DNA from: Haliotis cracherodii
Taxonomy: Eukaryota
Length of the DNA stretch: 46,484 nucleotides
Direction: 5' to 3'
Assembly: GCF_022045235.1 (NCBI RefSeq)
Contig: NW_027266341.1
Location: 38,829,517-38,876,000 of the forward strand
Shown here: piece by piece, positions 27,908 through 40,644 of the stretch
Layout of the letters: each line of letters opens with the position of its first letter
Position numbering within the stretch: position 1 is the stretch's first letter
Notes under the pieces: model-generated
Told to the model about the DNA's origin: nothing
Seen by the model: only the letters and a program-made list of their open reading frames with translations
Databases searched by the model: none
Program-made: the position numbers and the translations under genes

Positions 27908-28185
27908 AAGTGAGTGAGTTGGGTTTAACGCCGCTTTTAACAGTATACCAGTTATATCACGGCGTGTCAGCTTAATGTGGGAGAAAAAGCCCGAAGTGAT
28001 GCAGGTCTTAGACGTTTACCACTTCGGTGAAACCCACGAGCACGGGTATGGTGCTGACAAACCTAGAAACATAATCGGGGCGAACCGGGAATCGAACCCA
28101 CAATCATAGGTTTCTGGCGTGCCCAAGGGACGCAACTCTGCACAGCGAATCGCGGCGCCTTAGACGACTGGGCCACCTGTGCCCC
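27908..28185 (-). mobile_element. Fourth SINE family (long tRNA-like head, GGCTTTCCTCCCAC-type body)
   Basis: 12-bp TSD ccactcgaaaat; interrupts the conserved 3' block. Confidence 0.9.
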
Positions 28186-28394
28186 CCACTCGAAAATGAC
28201 TAACAGTCCAAACAACAGGATGGAGGACTATTTGAGCTGTACCCTTACATAAGTAACGTTGTCCACATGACTGATATGAAACATCGATAATGTATTAAAG
28301 GAGTTCACGATTTAATTAGTTCTGTAGTTTCCAATCATATTTACTGAATTCTCTCCCTCTTTCACTCTGACACACACACGTACACAAACCCAGC

Positions 28395-28860
28395 CTAGGA
28401 ATTGGCTATTTGACCATTATTAAACGATGTCGGGTCTTCGATATACCTGATTCGACAAATTCCCTTGTATTGATTTGACCAATCCGAGTAGAACTTCCGA
28501 TTCATTTGCAAGAAGATACAGCCAGCAATAATAATGCATTTGGTGTTCTCTTTCACGGGGATGCATTCTTCTTGCCTAAATGCCCTATCCACAAATATCA
28601 CCAAGTTATCAATGAGGAAGTACGGCATTTCACATATTGCTTTCTCAGTGAACATGATGACATTTGTTTTCATTTTTGGAGATTACACATAAATATTACA
28701 ATTGTCTCTGAAACGTTTTTTGTGTGTTCCTACTTGATTGTATTAAGGATTATGGTTAATGAGACAAGGATTTAGTATATATCTCTTTCTGCGGATTTTC
28801 ATGGAGCTTTGGAATCTAGTACAAAAGAGGATGGATATGTCTTACAGGTTTTAGAGTCAA
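28395..28860 (-). pseudogene. Degenerate Penelope-like reverse transcriptase fragment
   Basis: IPKLHENP..., FLIDNL...FRQ...IP and IRYIED...SFNN resemble the PLE RT motifs PKLHK, FLIDNI..QxxGIPMG and RYIDD. Confidence 0.65.
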
Positions 28861-28926
28861 CTCAAAAGTTGATGATACTGATGCATGGTTTCGGCATTCT
28901 AGCAATGACAACATCCCGCACTGATG

Positions 28927-29204
28927 TGAGTGAGTGAGTGAGTTGGGTTTAACGCCGCGTTTAACAGTATTCCAGTTATATCACGGCGTGTCAGCTTTAA
29001 TGTGGGAGGAAAGCCCGAAGTGATGCAGGTCTCAGACGTTTACCACTTCGGTGAAACCCACGGGTATGGTGCTGACAAACCTAGAAACATAATTGGGGTG
29101 AACCGGGATTCGAACCCACAATCATAGGTTTCTGGCGTGCCCAAGGGACGCAACTCTGCACAGCGAATCGCGGCGCCTTAGAAGACTGGGCCACCCGTGC
29201 CCCC
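28927..29204 (-). mobile_element. Fourth SINE family copy
   Basis: Near-identical to 27908-28185. Confidence 0.9.
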
Positions 29205-29229
29205 TAATCAACTATGAAAGACATCTAAC

Positions 29230-29540
29230 GGGTATATCTTCTCTATTAGCCCATATTTGGTCATATGCTTCGACAGTATCCATATTTATCTTTGAAAAAA
29301 GAAAATGTCACAATAACTGTCCGGATTTAGAGCGTAATCTGTGGGCCCTTTCTATGCTCACTGGTTCATCAGGTTCGAAGTTAAGTGAAGTATGCATAAA
29401 TGCTCTCACACAACTTTCACTGTCAGCCCATGTTTCTCCAGGCCTATCGGGAAGACCATGGAAAATATGATTACAACGTCGAGACTGGGCCTCCATGTTA
29501 TCAGTCTTATTTTCCAAATCACGCACTTTATATTGATTGT
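29230..29540 (-). pseudogene. LINE ORF1p (L1-type RRM) fragment
   Basis: MEAQSRRCNHIFHGLPD...ETW...SIERAHRL matches the E..SRR.N..GL.E...IERAHR signature. Confidence 0.75.
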
Positions 29541-30309
29541 TTGGCGGTTTTAACTTCGCGTTCAAGATGATTGCACTTATGTCATGTGCATGCATATGTG
29601 TGTGGCAGCCTGTACTTGCAATATGTATACCACCACTTGAATTTTATTGAGGGCACACCTTGTCAAATTGTCATAATCGCGACACCAAAGTCGTTGGTCA
29701 TTAGTTTAAATCCCAGATTCACCAACATTATGACCTTTGGTTTGTCATCACAACATCTGTGGCCGTGGGTTTTGCAAAGTCGTAAACACCGACCACCTGC
29801 GTCACTTTGGCACACATTAGGCTGACAACATGCCAGGATATATCTGAAATACTGTTGGTGGCGTTAGATTATGAGTGACTCATTCACTTTGATGGTATAC
29901 CCATGACAACTTCTGTAACTCACGAATCACTGCACAGAAAGGTCCTTGAAATGGATAACTCCCGTCATACTTTGATGCAATTTCTAAATAATACACCACG
30001 TGTTTATGAATAGGAAACTCAAGCAGTGACACAATCAACACAAAGCGTCATCTCTTAAGCTGTTTTATTGTGACAAGTGAATGTACAGACAGGAGAGACT
30101 AGAAAACAAAGCTGCCATCCTGTGGGCACAATCATACCAATACACGCAGAGCCATCTACAGGATTCCTCTTTGAGGATACTGAAACACTTCCATTGATAA
30201 ATAATGTGAATAATCACAATCTACTTAGCAACAGAAACACAATGTAATACACAGGCATTGGTTTAACCGATACGGTTTACAGTTGTATTCCATACAGGAA
30301 TAGTTCTAC

Positions 30310-30530
30310 CCACCCCTCCCGACCCACAAGAGCCCACCATCCTCACTACCTCCCATCTCCCACCCGCTCCCACTCGCCCATCTCCCACTCGCCCATCTCC
30401 CACTCGCCCATCTCCCACCCGCTCTCCTCCCACCCGCTCTCCCCCCACCCGTTCTCCTCCCACCCGCTCTCCTCCAACCCGCTCTCCCCCAACCCGCTCT
30501 CCTCCCACCCGCTGACCTCCACCCGTTCCT
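30310..30530. repeat. 15-mer CT-rich satellite (paralog C copy)
   Basis: ctcccacccgctctc-type units. Confidence 0.9.
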
Positions 30531-31436
30531 CTTAAGATATGCAATAATATGCACACACATTCATAACGTCGCACATGAAATAAGCTTTGCTGGTTTTCTA
30601 ATCAAAGAAATCTCTGCAGGCTACACATCAATCGCTCATATAAAAGCATGATTAAGTGGCTAAAGTTACGCCGCTTTTAGCACAAATGAGCTGTATGTAA
30701 TATCAATCGATGCGGCGTACAGTGGTCGGTGTACATATTAAACATGAAAATTTGTGTATGTCTCACAACAATTTGAGTATTCAAAAACATATTTACAGCC
30801 GAAAATAGCAAAATTTATTGTATTTTAAAGATAAGATGTCTAACGTACCAATTATGTGAATTTCACTTTTTAAGTTTTATATGAAATCATATTTTCACAG
30901 TTCACTATCGCTAACTTAGCATATTTTCAATTGAAAATAAACCTCATAATCAAATCAACGGAGAGGTGTAGTTTCTTTTGCTCATCAGTTTACATGTTTA
31001 TATTATACAAGATAACATAATAATAATATATATAATAACATTGCAAGATATGAGCGGTCGATGTACAGATGTCATATATATGAGCCAATATGGCTTACAA
31101 GGGTACATGGTCTATACTGAATATACATGTACATATAATACAAACTGACAGTATAATATATAAAATAACATTGCAAGTTAAAAAGGATCAATGTACAGAA
31201 TTCATAGATATACGTCTGATGGTATATTGCAATTGCACGTTATGGAAGGTCAATATACAGATGTCATAGATATAAGCCAATATGGCCTACAGGATATTCC
31301 TAACTGGAATGAATGTAATCTTTTGAAACTGCCTGAGAATGTTTTCACGCGACATTCACAAAGATGTCCCCTTCCTTAAACTAAGGACACACGTGTTGAC
31401 ACAGCTCCCTTAGCATAAGGAAGAGATACAACCCTC

Positions 31437-33005
31437 TTAGTCGCGGTGAAGGATCTTCTCAGGCACGAAGGGTACGTAGCCATGCTTTCTGGTGACCTTG
31501 ACCCCGATGGGATGGACGAGCGGGTACTTGCTGCAGCAAGGTTTCCCTCTTCCCCTTGGGTGAGTCTGGTGAGTGCCACCATGCCTGATGGTCAGGACAT
31601 CGCAATCCTGGGAGGTCAAGGTCGTATCACGGCCCGCAGCTGACAGAAGGAAAGACATGCATACACAATTTGTTTGTAACAAATATTGATAATGAGTGAG
31701 TATGGTTTTACGCCGCCTTTAGCAATATTCCAGCAATATCACGGCGGGGGACACCACAAATGGGCTTCACACATTGTATCCATGTCGGGGATCGAAACCG
31801 GGTCTTCGGCGTGACAAGAGAGCGCTTTAACCACTAGGCTACCCGACCGCCCCAAATATTAATAAATATTACTACATAGGAGGGCATTCTGTTTACTATC
31901 AGTTAAATATATTAAGCGTTGACTATATATTTAATATTCTTCTTTTAAAGTGTGTGAGTAGGAGTGTAGGCAGAAGCTGTTTGAGGGCGACTTTGTAGTA
32001 TCCTCAGCAAATCAGTGCTTGATCATCTGAACATCAAACGCCAGCTATAGGTCCCCATTACATGGATCAATCAGTTCACGTGAGCACTTTTAATATTCTG
32101 CAACTAATTTGGACACCCAATCCTCATTTGTAAGGCGTCACCTTCTACCAAAGCAGGTTCTTTAATTGAGTGAGTGCTTAACACCGCTTTGAACAGTGCT
32201 TTAGTTAAATCTGGGCGTTTCAGCTTCACGTGGGAGGAATACAATAACGACAGATGGTCCTAAACGTTGACGACGTCGGTGAAACCCACAGCACGGGAAC
32301 GGTATTAAAAAAGTCAACTGGAGATTGGATAAAAAATCCAGATGACTAAAGGTCCCACCTCTGCGTAAAGAATTGCGGCGTCCGTGAACCCAGGTTCTTG
32401 AAACTGGAGAGATATTTCATATTTTATTATAATGTAACATTGCTAACAAAGGCTTTACGCAAGTTGCCTCAACCTTTGTCCTTACCTGTCTTACTGGAGC
32501 CGGAAGCAGTTGGTAGCAGGACAGATCTGGTCACGTGACAGTACGGTCGCCGGAAGTTGGCAAATATCCGACGTTCAAAGATCCGTGGCGACTTGAGGTG
32601 ACATTGAGTAACGATCTGGTTGTCGGGTCCTCTCTGTTCGCAGACAAACACTCGGGGCCTGCCGTTACATTCAGGGGGGACGTACACGACGACCGTGTCT
32701 CCTACCAGTATGTTCAGGGGGAGTTTGTCACCCATGCATACATGTACAACGTTATTGTTCCCCAGCTGCACAATTGGTGCAGAAGTGGTAGACATTGCTC
32801 TACTTAAGTCATTCATATCTTTCTCTTGACAAAATGAAATGGTGTTTTTCTTGTGCCCAATTTGCACAATGCGTCGAATTAAGATTCCAGTGTGATCAAC
32901 TGGGCGCTCATTGCAGCTGACGTCACACGCCCCCCGTGTGTCAGGCATAACCCCGAGTGTGAACAGATCCCTGGGTCGAATGTCACCTCTTGCCTCTGTC
33001 TCCAT
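31437..33005 (-). CDS. Paralog C: double RHIM-like protein, 240 aa (coding exons 33005-32486, 31639-31437)
   Basis: Acceptor tatcgcag|acatcATG; METEARG...RRIVQIGHKKN...PIVQLGNNNVV...SSKT|AAGRDTT...EKILHRD; total 723 nt. Confidence 0.78.
31693..31853 (-). mobile_element. tRNA-derived short SINE in intron 2 of C
   Basis: Same site and sequence as 25395-25553. Confidence 0.9.
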
Positions 33006-33103
33006 GATGTCTGCGATAAAGTGGAGAAAGAATATTAGTATTAAGAACGAGATAAGGAGTAAAGATAAACTCCATTCCATAATCCATAGGTCATTTGTCA
33101 CTA

Positions 33104-33439
33104 GACCGCCTCCGTGGTCTAAAGGTAGAGCGTCCGTCCGGAGAGCGGAAGGTCCGGGGTTCGATCCCCAGCCGTGTCATACCAAAAGACGTTAAAAGAT
33201 GATGTTACCCTGTCTGGCGCTCGGCATTAAGGAGCTAAAACAAAGACTGGTCGGCTCGGAGTCAGTATACTGTGTCTGAGTGGGGTATTTATGTTAAACT
33301 GCGGCATGGTATCTCAGTGTGCTAGCACTATAAATCGGCATCGGTCCGGACAAGTACAAGCAGCCACACACACATACACGTCGCTATATAAGTGCAATAA
33401 TCTTGGACGCGACGTTAAACCCCATTTCACCTCACCTCA
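33104..33439 (+). mobile_element. Full-length Meta/MESC-type SINE
   Basis: TSD ttgtcacta; tRNA head with GGTTCGATCCC. Confidence 0.92.
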
Positions 33440-35181
33440 TTGTCACTAAATGTGGTGACCATAGATAGTTTTTTGTTCAAAATGTAGTGAGTGAGTGAAC
33501 AGTAACAGTTATATCTCGGCGGGAGGAAAGACCAAAGTGATGCAGGTCTCAGACGTTTACCACTTTGGTGAAACCCATGAGCAGGGGTATGGTGCTGACA
33601 AACCTAGAAACATAATCATGGCGAACCGGGCTACAGTCATGCGTTTCTGACGTACCCAAGGGGCGCAACTCTGCACAAATCCCTTGTACACCCACACGAA
33701 TGAGTCAGACTGCACAGGTTTTCTGAGCCAGAGTCTATCCATTTAACCCGCTTCGAAGAAAAAGGCCTCCCACTGTTTCCGATTCAATGAGAGTCACGTG
33801 ACACAGAGCAAGTTAACCTAAATCGCACAGCTGTTTTAATCAATTTTGAATTTGTTTTATTCTTTTACAATCTTAAATTTAAACATGTCTCCCGCTTAGA
33901 CATTTATTTCTCTCCATGGCGAGATACAGAGTATTTTATCAAGATCACGTGAACCAATCAGATTTCAGCATTCTAACATGGAGGTAAGATAAAGAAAAAA
34001 TTCTGCCTTGTACATTTTCACTCTCCTAGTTCCATGCGAGCAGCATAGTACCTCTGCCACAGGGCAGCGCCATGTGACGATTCGTCACATCTTACAGTCC
34101 ATTCAAGATATTGCATCTGTTTTTCATCTGTTTCATTTTTGACAAGAACATGTGTAGATAAACATATGTCATAGAATGAATATCCTAAATCATGAAAAAC
34201 TATTTCCATTTGCGTAGTTATCCTATGTTTAGATTGGTTGTACGGCTCCACGTGCTGTCATCGAAACAGAAAGGAGGGCTAGCAATACGGTCACTTTGAT
34301 CTATAAATATATATTGTCATGCAACTCACGGTCGCAGTTGTAGTAGCAGATCTATATAGTTATGCAAAGCAATATGTAAAGCGCCACCAAATACTGCATT
34401 AGTCTGTTCTATTCTGATGTCTGGAAAAGCGTGTTTGTTTACAAACAAGAGAAAAGTCCGGTCACGTGATATGCAAATTAGCCTGTGTCTGTGGTGTTAT
34501 TGTAACTGGAGTGGTTTATGTGAATGAATCACTTAACACAGGTTGATTTGTGGATGTCAGTTGTTTAATACATAAACAGAGGCCCTGTGAAAATAAATAC
34601 ACAGTTAAAATATGCACAATACCTACACATACAAATAAATCATTACATTATAACTTATTAACAAATATTAGAATCTTATATATGATCAAATACATTGTTA
34701 TGATCCATCGTAATTAGCATGAGTATTTAAGCAAATTTTGCCTAACTACATTTACATGAATACGATGGCTGATATGATATATATTTATCACACCTAACAA
34801 TATAAGTATTACTAAAAGAAGTTACAAAGAAACACTTCAAAGCACTTAAAAAGAACACATAAATAAACAATTCAAACAAACCAACCTGTGACAATTGACT
34901 GAATTATTTCAGCGATGAACCGACAACTTGTCGCCATACATAGTCAAATACAAGTGTGAATTTAAACTGACCAGTCCCATAATGCACCCTGTCACTGAAA
35001 GTAAGGGGCTGGGGCTAAACAATAGAAACCAGAGAAACAATAGAGAAGGCAAGCGCATGGGTGACTGTGCTATTGTATTAGTGAAGCAGGTTAGATTGGA
35101 GGGTAGACTAAAACTTAGATATTAAAATAAAAGGTGAGCTTAAAATACACTTGGTGATATGTACATAATTACATACTACTA

Positions 35182-35431
35182 GACCCGTGAAGATTCCGGG
35201 GTAGAATAGGTCTTCAGCAACCCATGCTTGCCGTAAAAGGTGACTATGCTTGTCGTAAAAGGCGACTAGCGGGATCGGGTGGTCAGACTGATCGGGTGAT
35301 CCCAATTGCGTGAATCGATGTTCATGATGTAAATCACTGGATTGTCTGGTCCAGACTCGATTATTTACAGACCGCTGTCATATAGCTGGAATATTGCTGA
35401 GTGCGACGTTAAACAACAAACCAACCAACCA
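35182..35431 (+). mobile_element. Headless SINE-like element (GACCCGTGAAG family) with TSD
   Basis: 11-bp TSD acatactacta; (CAAC)n tail; other 5' ends near 20350, 21866, 22368 and 27058. Confidence 0.88.
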
Positions 35432-35953
35432 ACATACTACTACATTATGCTGAGTCACCACTGCGCCGGAGTGTGGTAAATTATCTAACCCAGGTCACCG
35501 GCTGCTGTTACTGCAGCGTTTGCAGTGGGCCAATGGATTCATAATAATGATATAATGCAGACGCGCTTAATATAGGAGCATAAATGAGTGGCTGAATCGA
35601 GCTGACTATTGATTAACTCGCGTAGAAGAATCCGAAATTCTCACGTTCATATCGCACACACGCCCATGATACGAGGCTTAATACTTCAGTGAAAAGCTTG
35701 GTCTCTCTTACAGGCCTCATAGAATATATTTAATAAAACGACCATTTCACGTCCCCTTCTCAGCGCAAGTAGGCTACATCCATCCCTTTTCAGCTCTACA
35801 TGAAGAACTGAGGGATTATCATGGGTTTCATTGTTGAATTATATTTATTCAACCTTCATTGTGGTGACCGTCAATTTGTCTTGGACAAGCTGGGTGCAGG
35901 GTTGTGTCTTAAAGCAAGCACCAAATAAAGAAAGAAAAGAATCTAACGCCTAC

Positions 35954-36080
35954 CTGTCCTGGCTACCACAGTACCGAATCGAAATAGCATCAGCAGCCTT
36001 CGCAATGGAAACCCTACCCCACCGCGTGGCAGCTCTTATATACTGCCCGATTCCCCAGCAACACAATCATTAACCAATCG
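35954..36080 (-). promoter_or_regulatory. Paralog C promoter: TATA (36036-36042), inverted CCAAT (36074-36078), exon 1 donor
   Basis: CAGTATATAAGAGCT, AACCAATCGG and AGCCAGGACAG|GTAGGCG. Confidence 0.75.
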
Positions 36081-36378
36081 GCTACGTGCATCTTTCCCAG
36101 GCAAGCCTGGATAACGTGATAATGTTGACCTCAGTCACGTGGTTGTTTTTGCTTATGGTTGTAAGGGGACCGACCATATAACATATATTATGATGGCTGA
36201 CGTGACATCATTCAGTTATAAACATGTATTCAGTCGGCAGAACTGCTGTGACATTAACTAAATAAGTGTAAATCGATGTAGGTAAAATGAGCGGACATGT
36301 GTTGAACACAGAAGTGTGGATGCCAACACCCACTGAAGGCAGCCGGCATTCTACTTAAGTTGTCTTGAACTCTTGAGT

Positions 36379-36655
36379 GAGTGAGTGTGTTGGGTTTAAC
36401 GCCGCTTTTAACAGTATTCCAGTTATATCACGGCGTGTCAGCTTAATGTGGGAGGAGAGCCCGAAGTGATGCAGGTCTCAGACGTTTACCACTTCGGTGA
36501 AACCCACGAGCACGGGTATGGTGCTGACAAACCTAGAAACATAATCGGGGCAAACCGGGATTCGAACCCACAATCATAGATTTCTGGCGTGCCCAAGGGA
36601 CGCACCTCTGCTCAGCGAATCGCGGCGCCTTAGACGACCGGGCCACCCGTGTCCC
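36379..36655 (-). mobile_element. Fourth SINE family copy
   Basis: 16-bp TSD tcttgaactcttgagt. Confidence 0.92.
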
Positions 36656-37037
36656 TCTTGAACTCTTGAGTCATTTATATCAGTGCGCACAGCTTGCACA
36701 GTTAGACTGGGCTGTTCACATGAAAGGTATGTCCATGCGTGCTCAGAAGCTCAGGGCTAAATATACCAGCGGAAAAAGTAACTATGCTTAAGATACAGTT
36801 CAATAAAAAATAAATTAAATTATGCATCTCTCAAAACCTATTCATGAAGACATCTCCTCAACTTTAAGGTCGCGATTCACAATTTGCACGTGCATGGGGT
36901 ACAATTTGGATGTTTGTGTGTTTGTTGGGAGCATGATACTCACACAAGGGTGTTTTAATGTGAACAGCACACAATGATTGTTTAGCTATCATGTGCTCGT
37001 AAAACACTTTTGTTTAACCGTAAATGACGTTTGCTCA

Positions 37038-37735
37038 GTGCCACGGCTTGCTGAAAATCACCGCACCGTGGTTATGCAAACAGGAATGACGCAATACGAA
37101 ACTGCCAGACATTTTAATGTTAATCGAAAAACAATATAATATCATTGGCGACCTTATGAACAGAAGGGCAACACTGATAACATGGCACGGGCTGGTCATC
37201 CACGTATGACGTCTCGTTAACAAGACAACCATATTCAGTTGGTGCATCAACGGAATCGAAACCAAACTGCCACATTAACAGCTCGGTCAGTTCCTGGGTT
37301 TAGACCAGGTAGTGACAGAACTGGACGCAACCGGTTGAGGGGGCACAACATCTACTTCCACGTCACCGGCGAAGACAACATTTGAGAGTTAGAAGACAAT
37401 ACTCTAACAGTATACTGTTGACGGTTCATCTGGACACCTCTAATGGTTGTGAGGGGTCTTCATTCATTCTCAAGGGAGAATACGGCTCATCATTGTTAAC
37501 GGCAATTTGAATGGCGTGCGCTACCCTGTCGACTTTGTTCGAGATCATGTTCTTCCACTTGTTCAAATGTAGGGACGTAACGTCACTTTGCAGCAGGATA
37601 ATACCCACTCACATGTTGCACGTGTTGTAACAGGCATTTTGAGGCATAACATTGCTGTACCGCCATGGCCGGCATTTTCTCCAGACCCCTCCCCCATGGA
37701 ACATGTCTGGAATGAGATGAAACGACGCGCACGAC
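37038..37735 (+). pseudogene. Degenerate Tc1/mariner transposase
   Basis: GMTQYETARHFNV (HTH-like), GNLNG, QQDN..H.AR and WPAFSPDPSPMEHVW catalytic-region motifs, broken by frameshifts. Confidence 0.88.
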
Positions 37736-38214
37736 AAAAGGGGGTCTGCGCCCTCAGTGGAGGCAGCGGTAAAGTTGTGTGGATAGAGAACTAACCAGGC
37801 TCTAGGAGATCTAATGACTTGTGGTTTGTATTCTTTGATAGAATGTCTGTTTGTTAATTAACACTGTAGTCAGATATATTCTGACTAATACGTTATACCC
37901 AGTGACCACTTTCTTAACTCCAACCTCAATCGTGAGCTCTCAAGCCGCAATGGAAGTGAGGTACAATCTCATTGAATCAGAAAATCGGCACCCCCCAAAA
38001 TAACTACATGCCCAAATCGCGACAACTAAAATAACAAAGTTGATGGTCCAGTGGGTAGCTAATCCACTGCCTGTCCTCTTTATCCCAAAGTGGACTGGTC
38101 TTTTAACATACAATTACAAAAACACTGAATGATTAAAATAGAATGACTTTTTTTCTATTATTCTCACGTGTTGACATGTATAATATATGTTCAATATTTG
38201 ACATGAGTCAGAAC

Positions 38215-38715
38215 GTGTTTTATTATATTACATACAGACGAAGATGGTGCTGATGAAGGAAAGCAGGGAGAATGCGATAAACATGATCACAATCATAATC
38301 ATCATAGCCCCAATTTCAATCCAAACTAGGAGCCCAATTTTGAGGTATTCTTTGAGATCAATGTATGTATGTGTGTGTGCGTAAGAAAGAAAAGAAGTCA
38401 GTTAATACACCCTATCATGGCACGTTATACCATGAGAGTGCAAATAGTTATGTCCTATAGAAATGTGTATATATTTTCCCAAAATTATGTTTTCCTTTTA
38501 CAGTTGACCGCATTGTGAAATTTGGGTAGGTTCCTTTTCCTCAAGTTTTGCATCCCCTACTTTGGGATATCTTCATTCTTACAACCTATAAAGTGTTTTT
38601 GCTCTTAAAAGAACTCTGTCTGGGCGCATAACCACCGAACTTAACAATAAAAACAAGTGGGTTAGTGAGTGAGTGAGTAAGCGCTACTTCCCCGGACGAG
38701 GCAAACCAGTGACCA
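38215..38715 (-). pseudogene. Relic of an E-type paralog (intron-1 homology and hydrophobic terminal exon remnant)
   Basis: 38540-38700 aligns with 44680-44850; 38227-38365 reads IDLKEYLKIGLLVWIEIGAMMIMIVIMFIAF..., similar to the E tail IDLKIRLWVMMILTLIMF; AATAAA at the stop. Confidence 0.5.
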
Positions 38716-39891
38716 TATCCTACTGGGTCACGTTGACATGCACACAGCCTGACCAACGCTGTATTATGGACACCTCGTGCTGTCAGCAGTGTGGTCCTAG
38801 GAATAATGTATGTTTTTCTGTGGAAACTGAAATATCAATATGAACATATGGCACGTAACAAACAGACACTGACAAAATACTTTTTCAGCCCATATAAAGC
38901 TATATATTTCAACCTATTACAAATACATCAATTATAGAATATTGGTTTTCACCTAGCTTCTAACCAACGGTTTTTCAAGATATGTAAAGGTAAAGTTAGT
39001 CCAGGTGTGTTATTTCATTCGCCTACGCGGTTAGTGGCTGACAATGCCCTGTTGACTCATCGTACACACCTTAGTAGAGACCTGAGACTTTCTTCAAGCT
39101 GAAAGAGATGTTAATTAGCAACACCATGCGCGCATGCGCTTGTTGTGCAATACCGAATACAAGGTCCCTCTAAGTAGGATGTAATCTGATCTTGTCTTCG
39201 GGGTGACAGATAAACTGTTCCTAAATGATACCATCGTGAATCACGGGATGACTGCCGTAATGGATCTCGTTGGCCCACTGCCTTCTCCGATCCTTGACGT
39301 GGCAGATTTGATGACGGAATGTGTTAATCTGTGGAAGTGAATAATGTTATGTTCATTTTCACGAGTGGATCCATTTCATGTTCCCCATGTACGAGTTGAG
39401 GTCAACATACTAATATGATGATTGTCTTTCGCAATAGAGACTATAATCTTTGACGGAATTATAAAAAGTAAGTTTCAGGATAAACACATAAATTTCATAT
39501 ATACACACATCCATAACGTTTCAACTCTTAGGTCGCACATGAGATACATTTTACTGGCGAGCGCTTTCATCTCAAACGAACTTCTTCAAACCACACACCA
39601 TTCTCTAAAATGAATGATTTAGTGAGGTTGCAGACATGTACCATGTGAGGAATCAAACCTGGGTCTTTGGCTTGACGAGCGAACACTTTGACCACTACGC
39701 TTCCCCATCGCCCTCAAATAAAAGCTGAAACCGCTCGCCAATAAATGGATTGATTCAATTGCAAACTTTTCTTCCAATACTTACACATTATACAGTATTG
39801 ACAAATCGATATTGACACAGCTTTCAAGTGAAATGGAACGACAAGGCCTGAAGTCTGACAGTGGTAATCTGTATATCATGAATGCACAAAT

Positions 39892-40370
39892 GTGTGTAAT
39901 ATCACCCATTACAGCTTACAATGATACGCTGTACATATCAAACATACGTTTGTGTAATATCACCCATTACAGCTTACAATGATACGCTGTACATATTAAA
40001 CATTCGTTTGTGTAATATCACCCATTACAGCTTACAATGATACGCTGTACATATTAAACATACAACTTTGTGTAATATCACCCATTACAGCTTACAGTGA
40101 TACGCTGTACATATCAAACATACGTTTGTGTAATATCACCCATTACAGCTTACAATGATACGCTGTACATATTAAACATTCGTTTGTGTAATATCACCCA
40201 TTACAGCTTACAATGATACGCTGTACATATCAAACATACGTTTGTGTAATATCACCCACTACAGCTTACAATGATACGCTGTACATATTAAACATACAAC
40301 TTTGTGTAATATCACCCACTACAGCATACAATGATACGCTGTACATATTACACATAAATGTTTGTGTTAT
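39892..40370. repeat. Minisatellite, 57-59-bp unit, about 8 copies
   Basis: tgtgtaatatcacccattacagcttacaatgatacgctgtacatat(c/t)aaacatacgtt units. Confidence 0.95.
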
Positions 40371-40644
40371 GTCAGCCGATGCGGCTCACAGTGAAAAGCT
40401 GTGTATATTAAACATACATATGTATATCTTAGCTGACAGTGTATTATATGTCGCACTAACATTGCAAGGTATGTATAGTGCATAATTATACAGATGTCAT
40501 AATGTGCTTTATCTTTTCACCGCCGTCATATAGCTGGAATATTGCTGAGTGCGGCGTTAAACAACAAACCAACCAACCAACTATATTTTTTCAGGAACTG
40601 CATGAGAATGGTCAATCTTTGGTTAATTAGGATATACAACCCTC

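Noticed and set aside
33006-33101. Signal-peptide/TM-like N-terminal extension of ORF 32469-33101
   Set aside because: It overlaps the pyrimidine-rich acceptor region of intron 1 and abuts a SINE; the acceptor at 33011-33012 and ATG 33005 fit the family layout better.
39892-40370. CRISPR-like regular array
   Set aside because: No unique spacers, no cas genes, eukaryotic context; it is a minisatellite.
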